In this document: one piece after another, positions 58,202 to 64,000 of the stretch | How the letters are laid out: each line of letters starts with the position of its first letter | Position numbering within the stretch: position 1 is the first letter of the stretch | Source: Candidatus Hodarchaeota archaeon | Lineage (GTDB): Archaea > Asgardarchaeota > Lokiarchaeia > Sigyniarchaeales > SOKP01 | Direction: 5' to 3' | NCBI GenBank assembly: GCA_048886685.1 | Contig: JBHLKM010000004.1 | Coordinates: forward strand, 114,486 to 178,485 | Length of the DNA: 64,000 nucleotides | The notes under the pieces: generated by a model | What the model was told of the DNA's origin: nothing | Database searches by the model: none | The model's input: only the letters and a program-made list of their open reading frames with translations | Program-made: the position numbers and the translations under genes

Positions 58202-59062
58202 TTATGAAAAGAATTTAGTCCGTAATTCATTGTGAAAAGCAACCCCTTTTTCTGGAAGAGAGGGGTATTTTTTCCTGTTAATGAGTCTTCTGGTCGCTCT
58301 CAATCCAATTGAATTGGATGGATTGAATCTTCTCATGAATTTTAATTCTTCTGCGGTGGGAGGTTTTGTTTCCGATAAATTTGGTGATATTTTTAACTCC
58401 CATGGAATATCTTTTTTAATTTCATCAACTGTAATGCTTGGGTGATTATAAGCAAGAAACATTTCTTTACTCGCAGGATCAAACTTAAAAATACCCTTTC
58501 TACTAATGAGAGAACACGGACCACTTCCTTTCAAAAAATGCCTTGAATTATCTCTGCTATCACTCCCATCTAAATATCCTGGAGAAGTTAAATAATCAAG
58601 CTTTTCCACAAATTGACCCCTATTCAAGGTTAGTATCGTCCGTTTGGCATAAGAAATAAAATCTGAGGCACCCCCTGAACCTGGAAGCCGTCTTTCAAAA
58701 TTATCATAATCTCCTATTACTGTTGAATTTACATTTCCAAATTTATCAACCTGCCCAACACCTAGGAAGCAAGAATCCACAAAACCACGATAGGTATGCG
58801 TCGTGAAAATAGAAAACATATCTGTTGAATAAGAAAATCCTCTACAAGCTTCTACGTCTGCTATACCAATTAAAGGAATTAATGGATCAAATCCTATCAT
58901 ACCAGATTCTGTAATCAAAATCGCATTTTTAGCATGCAAACCCTTTGCTAATGCACATGCGGTCACAGGAATACCTGCACCAATAACAACATTCTCATAA
59001 TCACGGATTTCTCGGGCAATTGCAATATTTAATAATTCATCAATTGAATAGCGATTATTCAT
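58202..59062 (-). CDS. Family I CoA-transferase beta subunit (glutaconate CoA-transferase-like)
   Basis: GAGIP, ITESG (catalytic Glu), QVDKFGNVNS, LPGSGGA; ATG at 59062 overlaps the alpha-subunit stop. Confidence 0.88.
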   Translation of the reverse strand: MNNRYSIDELLNIAIAREIRDYENVVIGAGIPVTACALAKGLHAKNAILITESGMIGFDPLIPLIGIADVEACRGFSYSTDMFSIFTTHTYRGFVDSCFLGVGQVDKFGNVNSTVIGDYDNFERRLPGSGGASDFISYAKRTILTLNRGQFVEKLDYLTSPGYLDGSDSRDNSRHFLKGSGPCSLISRKGIFKFDPASKEMFLAYNHPSITVDEIKKDIPWELKISPNLSETKPPTAEELKFMRRFNPSNSIGLRATRRLINRKKYPSLPEKGVAFHNELRTKFFS

Positions 59063-60089
59063 GAAAAAGCCCCTCCTTTTCCATGATTTTTTCAATATCT
59101 TCATATTTTATTCCCAACGTCGTGTGTACACCATTTTCATCCCAACTTGGATGAGGATCGCCGAAATTTGTTGGAGCTGAATAAAATGGTTTACATTTAA
59201 GGGAATTTAACATATTACTTCCATAATATTCTCCATATTTCTGAATATAAGCATCATGATCTTCACAGCCATAAACCCATTCATCCAACCATCTTTTTGT
59301 TCCTTCATCTGACGTCATTAGACCAAAAGCCCAATTATTGAAAAAGCTATCATCTTTATAATATCCTGCCACGGGAGTTGGATGTGCTCCAAATTTAGCC
59401 TTAACAATGGCATTAGTTCTATAAGCTGGAATGATTGTACAATGGGGACTTGACTGAATGATTTCATGGTCAACAATCTCTTCACATGATACAACAACCT
59501 TTTTACTTGCAAGTGCTGCGGCTTGAACGCTTCCCATTGCTCCCCAGTATTGAGCATTTCCATATTTATCCGCTCTCTGCACATGTACTATGCATACATC
59601 AGGATTTGCAGCAGGTACCGTAAGAATATCTTTTCCTGTATAAGGACACTTAATAATCTTAAATTTATTTTCTCCCATAAATGTCCTTTTTTTGAAAAGA
59701 TCTGTATCAATAGCACTCTCAAGCACAGGCATGAAAGAAAAACCATACATCCCCGCTTGAAGCCGTGCATTATAATGAAAATTTGAATATTCTTCTACCT
59801 CAATTTCTCCTCTTTGCATCCTACGAATCACGTTACCGGTTCCACCAATTACAGATATAAAATTAGTGATTATTTTATCTATGCAATTCGCTCCAGCTAA
59901 ATATTCAAGATCAATATGACTGGATTGTGAATAAACAGTAAGGTGCTTCTTTTTTTGTCTGATTACTTCCGAAGCTAATGCGACGCACATTGAAAGTGTA
60001 TAATTTCCGAGAACTAATTCATCACCATCTTTTACATTATTACTAATGGCTTCCTTTAGACTCATAACCTTATTATTCGAATTAACCAT
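59055..60089 (-). CDS. Family I CoA-transferase alpha subunit (glutaconate CoA-transferase-like)
   Basis: KVMSLKEAI...VKDGD, CPYTG, PDVCIVHVQRAD.YGN, FGAHPT. Confidence 0.88.
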   Translation of the reverse strand: MVNSNNKVMSLKEAISNNVKDGDELVLGNYTLSMCVALASEVIRQKKKHLTVYSQSSHIDLEYLAGANCIDKIITNFISVIGGTGNVIRRMQRGEIEVEEYSNFHYNARLQAGMYGFSFMPVLESAIDTDLFKKRTFMGENKFKIIKCPYTGKDILTVPAANPDVCIVHVQRADKYGNAQYWGAMGSVQAAALASKKVVVSCEEIVDHEIIQSSPHCTIIPAYRTNAIVKAKFGAHPTPVAGYYKDDSFFNNWAFGLMTSDEGTKRWLDEWVYGCEDHDAYIQKYGEYYGSNMLNSLKCKPFYSAPTNFGDPHPSWDENGVHTTLGIKYEDIEKIMEKEGLFHE

Positions 60090-60199
60090 TATTCAATCAT
60101 CTGTGATAGATATATTATCTAATATTATGGACAAATAATAATAAATATTATTTCTCAATTCCTTTTATTATCATTTAATTCAAATGGAGAAATATTTGA

Positions 60200-60970
60200 A
60201 TGAAAATTGTATTTCATGAAAGATACTATAATTCAGATTACGCAATGGATCCTGCTGCAAGACAGGGTCGTCTAGAAGGAATTATTGAATTATTACACGA
60301 AACTAAAGATTTTGAATTTATAACCCCGAAACCAGCAACAAAAGTAGATATATTGCGAGCCCATACGGAAAGACATTTTAATAATATTAGAAAAAATTCA
60401 TTGTTATTTGAATTAGCTTCATTAGCCGCAGGTGGTTCAATCTTAGCCGCTGAAGAAGGACTTAATGGAAATCCTACTTTTGCAGTAATTCGGCCCCCAG
60501 GGCACCATGCTTCAGCAGACTCTTGCTGGGGATTTTGCTATTTTAATAATATAAGTATAAGTTTATTGAAATTATTTTCGGAGCGAAAAATCACTTCTGC
60601 TTTTGTTTTAGATTTTGATCTCCATACTGGTGATGGTAATATCAATATTCTAACAAATAGAGATGATGGATTCAAAGTGAAGATCTTAAATCCAATTTCG
60701 AGTGGACATATTAATTACGTTAGAGAAGTTGAGGATTTTATGCAAAATTTAAAAGATATTGATATTTTTGTCGCGAGTGCTGGATTTGATCAAGGTATTG
60801 AAGATTGGGGCAATCTTTTGTATCCTGAAGATTATTATGAATTAGGTAGACTAATGAAAGATTATTCGGAAAAACTGTGTAAGGGAAGACGATATGCCTT
60901 ATTAGAAGGAGGATACAATCACAGCGTATTACCTAAAAATGTAAATGAATTTTGTCAAGGATTTAAATAA
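60200..60970 (+). CDS. Histone deacetylase-family protein
   Basis: RPPGHHA, GFCYFNN, DFDLHTGDG, SAGFD, LEGGY. Confidence 0.93.
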   Translation: MKIVFHERYYNSDYAMDPAARQGRLEGIIELLHETKDFEFITPKPATKVDILRAHTERHFNNIRKNSLLFELASLAAGGSILAAEEGLNGNPTFAVIRPPGHHASADSCWGFCYFNNISISLLKLFSERKITSAFVLDFDLHTGDGNINILTNRDDGFKVKILNPISSGHINYVREVEDFMQNLKDIDIFVASAGFDQGIEDWGNLLYPEDYYELGRLMKDYSEKLCKGRRYALLEGGYNHSVLPKNVNEFCQGFK

Positions 60971-61034
60971 AGGATTATTTTTTTAAGGGGAAAAAATCTC
61001 ATTACATTATATTATCTTTATTAAGAATTTTTAG

Positions 61035-63146
61035 TTGAATATTATGGAAAAGCATCGAGTAGGTATCATACACTATAGGAAAAAAATTAAATCTTTAAAA
61101 AGGGTTATAGAGCTCTCTGGAGCATTCGAAGGATTAAATGGGGATGAGAGAATATTTTTAAAACCGAATATTGTTTATTGGTTTCCTTCTTGTCCCCCCT
61201 ATGGGGTTGCAACAACCTCCAGAATAGTTGAAGATACAATCATTTTATTAAAAGAACTTGGAATTAAAGATATTACTATAGGTGAAGGGACTGTTACTAT
61301 GAATCCTAAAGATATTCAGACTACTCAACATGCATTTGAGTATTTAGGATACAATAGGTTTAAAGAAAAATATGGAATTAAAGTTATTAACGTTCTCGAA
61401 AGGCCCTTTAAAAAATTAGATTTAGGTGATAATATTGAATTAAATTTTAATGCTGATGCTTTAAACACTGACTATATCATTTCACTTGCAGTTCTTAAGA
61501 CCCATAGTCAATCAAAAGTAAGCTTGAGTCTAAAAAATTTAAAAGGTCTAATCGATGTTACTTCACGAAAAAAATGCCATTCCCCAGATGAAATCAAAGA
61601 TTTAGAATTTTACTTATACCATCTACCGAAGAAATTACCCCCAGTAATTCCCATTATCGATGGTATTTATACTAACGAATTAGGTCCTGGATATGATGGG
61701 ACGATGAGAAGAAGTAATATATTAATTGCTTCTTCAGATATGTTTTCAGCCGATAAAATTGGCACTTCAATTCTTGGATATGATCCTTCAGATGTGTCAT
61801 ATTTGTCTTATTATGCTCAAGAAAATAATCGCCCTATTGACTTTTCAGATATTGAGGTTATTGGAAAATCTATTGAGAGTATTAGCGATCCTCATAGATA
61901 TCAATTTCCATACACGGAGGATCATACGCTTCCACTAGCACTTTCTAAGCAAGGTGTTAAGGGAATATCTTATCGTCAATATGATAATACAACTTGCACT
62001 TATTGTGCCCTTATTACAGGATTACTCCCCATAGCAATTACATATGCCTGGAATAGTTCACAAGGAGATCCTTGGGATAATATTGAGGTTATTATGGGAA
62101 AAAGGATGAAACCTACTCCAGGAAAGAAAAAGACAATCTTATTAGGACAGTGCATGGTAAATAAACACAGGAATAATCCAGATATTAATGAAATGCTCCC
62201 TATAAAGGGTTGTCCTGTAAAATTAGAAAACATAGCAAAAGTTTTTCATCAAGCAGGTGTAAATATTCATCCAGAATTTTTTGAAAATCTTGATAATATT
62301 GCTCGATTTCTTGGTTTAGTATATAAAAATCGGTTTAATGAATTTCAAGAGTCTTTTTTTAATGATGAAGTTAAGGATGAAACTGTCCCTCCTATAGATA
62401 ATATCGGTGTAAGTCAATTTTTCTTAGATGGCAGAGGTTCAAAAGATTTACCAGAAAAACAAGGTAAATTTGAAGTGAGATTTTTTGGATTAGTTGGAGA
62501 AAAGAATACTAATGCAATAAAAAATATTACAGTTGAAGGTCCAAAAGGATATGAATTTCAATTTAAAAACCAACCCTTTGACTATCGAAATGGAAATGGA
62601 TATATAGTTGACAACTACAATCGTCAGATGGTGTGGTACCTTGGGTATGATAGAAATGGCTTTTTAGAAGATGGAGAGTATAAATTTAAGATAGATTATT
62701 GGAATGGTGAGACGCGATTTAAAACTCGCATTTTAGACGCTAATAATAAATTATTAGAGAATTATTTGAAACTTAAAAACAGGATTGAATATTCCTATGA
62801 GGAAAAATCTAAATACATGGGAGATCCAAAGATTTATGTTAATGCAAAATGGACAACGCTGGATAAATTAAAAGGTGTCGATGCCTATTATGCGTTTTAT
62901 GTTTCTAAAGGAAGAGAGGATTTCATTAATTTACATGATTTGACTCATTTTGACAATATATTTGCAACCTCAATTTTAATCCCTTCTTATGGATTGAATA
63001 AAAATTCAGGGTTAATAAACACTCGATGGAGACCATTAACTCCTGATACTTATTACTCATGGGTAACCGAAATTTGCGACTTTAATACATATAAAAATAT
63101 TAATATGACGATTCATCAGCCAACTCAATATTTTAAAACTAATTAA
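61035..63146 (+). CDS. DUF362-domain Fe-S protein with long C-terminal extension
   Basis: IFLKPN, IGEG, LKTH, SLKNLKG, DG....GP; later CTYC, GQC, KGCP. Confidence 0.8.
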   Translation: MNIMEKHRVGIIHYRKKIKSLKRVIELSGAFEGLNGDERIFLKPNIVYWFPSCPPYGVATTSRIVEDTIILLKELGIKDITIGEGTVTMNPKDIQTTQHAFEYLGYNRFKEKYGIKVINVLERPFKKLDLGDNIELNFNADALNTDYIISLAVLKTHSQSKVSLSLKNLKGLIDVTSRKKCHSPDEIKDLEFYLYHLPKKLPPVIPIIDGIYTNELGPGYDGTMRRSNILIASSDMFSADKIGTSILGYDPSDVSYLSYYAQENNRPIDFSDIEVIGKSIESISDPHRYQFPYTEDHTLPLALSKQGVKGISYRQYDNTTCTYCALITGLLPIAITYAWNSSQGDPWDNIEVIMGKRMKPTPGKKKTILLGQCMVNKHRNNPDINEMLPIKGCPVKLENIAKVFHQAGVNIHPEFFENLDNIARFLGLVYKNRFNEFQESFFNDEVKDETVPPIDNIGVSQFFLDGRGSKDLPEKQGKFEVRFFGLVGEKNTNAIKNITVEGPKGYEFQFKNQPFDYRNGNGYIVDNYNRQMVWYLGYDRNGFLEDGEYKFKIDYWNGETRFKTRILDANNKLLENYLKLKNRIEYSYEEKSKYMGDPKIYVNAKWTTLDKLKGVDAYYAFYVSKGREDFINLHDLTHFDNIFATSILIPSYGLNKNSGLINTRWRPLTPDTYYSWVTEICDFNTYKNINMTIHQPTQYFKTN

Positions 63147-63162
63147 CGAGAATGGGTTTTAT

Positions 63163-63795
63163 ATGGATAAGAAAGAAATGGTTAGAGTCGGTTATAATGA
63201 AGCTGCCCAGAAGCTGGAAAAAATCCTGGGTGTATTTAGAGAAGAAGAGGAAGAAATTAGAGCTTTATCTGAATTCTCGTCTCGAATAGAATCAAATAGT
63301 CGAGTGTTGGATGTTGGTTGTGGAAATGGCGCGTATTCTCGAATTTTAAGTGAGAAATTCGAAGTAATTGGTGTGGATATCTCCGAAAAACAAATTGAGT
63401 TAGCGAAACAAAATGCTCCTAATGCTAAATTTATTTGTCAAGATATAACAAGAGTTAGTTTCCCTGATGAGCAATTTAATGGAATCCTGGCTTACTATTC
63501 TATAATTCATATACCAAGAGAGGAGCATTATGAACTCTTAAGAAAATTTCATCGTATGTTAAAAACGAAGGGTATTATTCTCATAATTTTTGAGAATTTT
63601 GATAATCCTGAATCTTATAATGGAGATTTTTTTGGAACTGGATCCAAAATGTTTTGGAGTGGTTTTGACAAAGAAACTAATATAAAAATGGTTCAAGAAG
63701 TGGGATTTAAAATCATTTGGTCGAAATTGGTGCAAGAATCACCTAAATGGGGAAGTACCTATCATTTATTTATAATGGCAGAGAAGGTACTGTAA
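63163..63795 (+). CDS. Class I SAM-dependent methyltransferase
   Basis: VLDVGCGNG, GVDISEKQIELA, YSIIHIPR. Confidence 0.9.
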   Translation: MDKKEMVRVGYNEAAQKLEKILGVFREEEEEIRALSEFSSRIESNSRVLDVGCGNGAYSRILSEKFEVIGVDISEKQIELAKQNAPNAKFICQDITRVSFPDEQFNGILAYYSIIHIPREEHYELLRKFHRMLKTKGIILIIFENFDNPESYNGDFFGTGSKMFWSGFDKETNIKMVQEVGFKIIWSKLVQESPKWGSTYHLFIMAEKVL

Positions 63796-63865
63796 TACTT
63801 TCTTAAAAAAATCAAATTTTGACTAATTCAAAATTAAAAAAAAATAGATTTTTTATTATTGAATC

Positions 63866-64000
63866 TTATAAGGGGATTAAGGGCTTTTCCTTTTTTTCTA
63901 ATTCCATTTCCCTTAACTTTCTTCGAAACACTTTGCCTATTGCTGTTCTTGGTAAAGATCTTAAGAATTCTACATGGCGAGGATATTTATATGTTGCCAT
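63866..64000 (-). CDS. C-terminus of an AMP-binding acyl-CoA ligase (gene continues beyond the window)
   Basis: ...ATYKYPRHVEFLRSLPRTAIGKVFRRKLRE, the A10 motif PxTxxGK. Confidence 0.85.
   Translation of the reverse strand: MATYKYPRHVEFLRSLPRTAIGKVFRRKLREMELEKKEKPLIPL

Noticed and set aside
858-62233. Short ORFs overlapping real genes (e.g. 858, 6203, 9996, 14031, 15854, 16735, 19940, 23420, 25292, 27164, 28243, 34175, 36135, 36658, 40043, 40994, 42293, 43188, 49638, 50269, 51515, 52701, 55600, 56892, 57206, 59318, 59523, 59588, 61726, 62000)
   Set aside because: Antisense or alternative-frame shadows of well-supported genes, with no motifs.

Overview
Very AT-rich archaeal chromosome segment that reads as Asgard archaeon, Lokiarchaeia-like. 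The call rests on TBP, L13e, an archaeosortase, a stand-alone MtrH, six small GTPases, and roadblock and longin-like domains. Housekeeping genes include ogg, thrC/hom, ppsA, kbl/tdh, a CoA-transferase pair, an HDAC-family protein, Hsp20 and an MFS transporter. No rRNA, tRNA, CRISPR array or intact integrase/transposase was seen. Two things stand out. (1) A signalling toolkit built on a uDENN/longin-like domain (motif hhh.hD..hGP.h....P, followed later by an RG loop resembling the arginine-finger loop of FLCN/SMCR8/NPRL2). This domain is fused to Rab-like GTPases, to Rag/Arf-like GTPase-roadblock proteins, and to a response-regulator receiver that sits between a membrane histidine kinase and a small GTPase (47571-50826), a candidate phosphorelay-controlled GAP/GEF. 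(2) Two paralogous TPR-longin genes with conserved non-coding flanks and a 56-57 bp palindromic repeat family, forming a tandem array on one side and inverted copies on the other (30209-33555). These look like a cassette-type, recombination-prone element. Also noted: a candidate structured RNA, an apparently radical-less NrdD paralogue, two genes that probably start at ATT, and a few pseudogenes. All family assignments are by eye from motifs; no searches were run.
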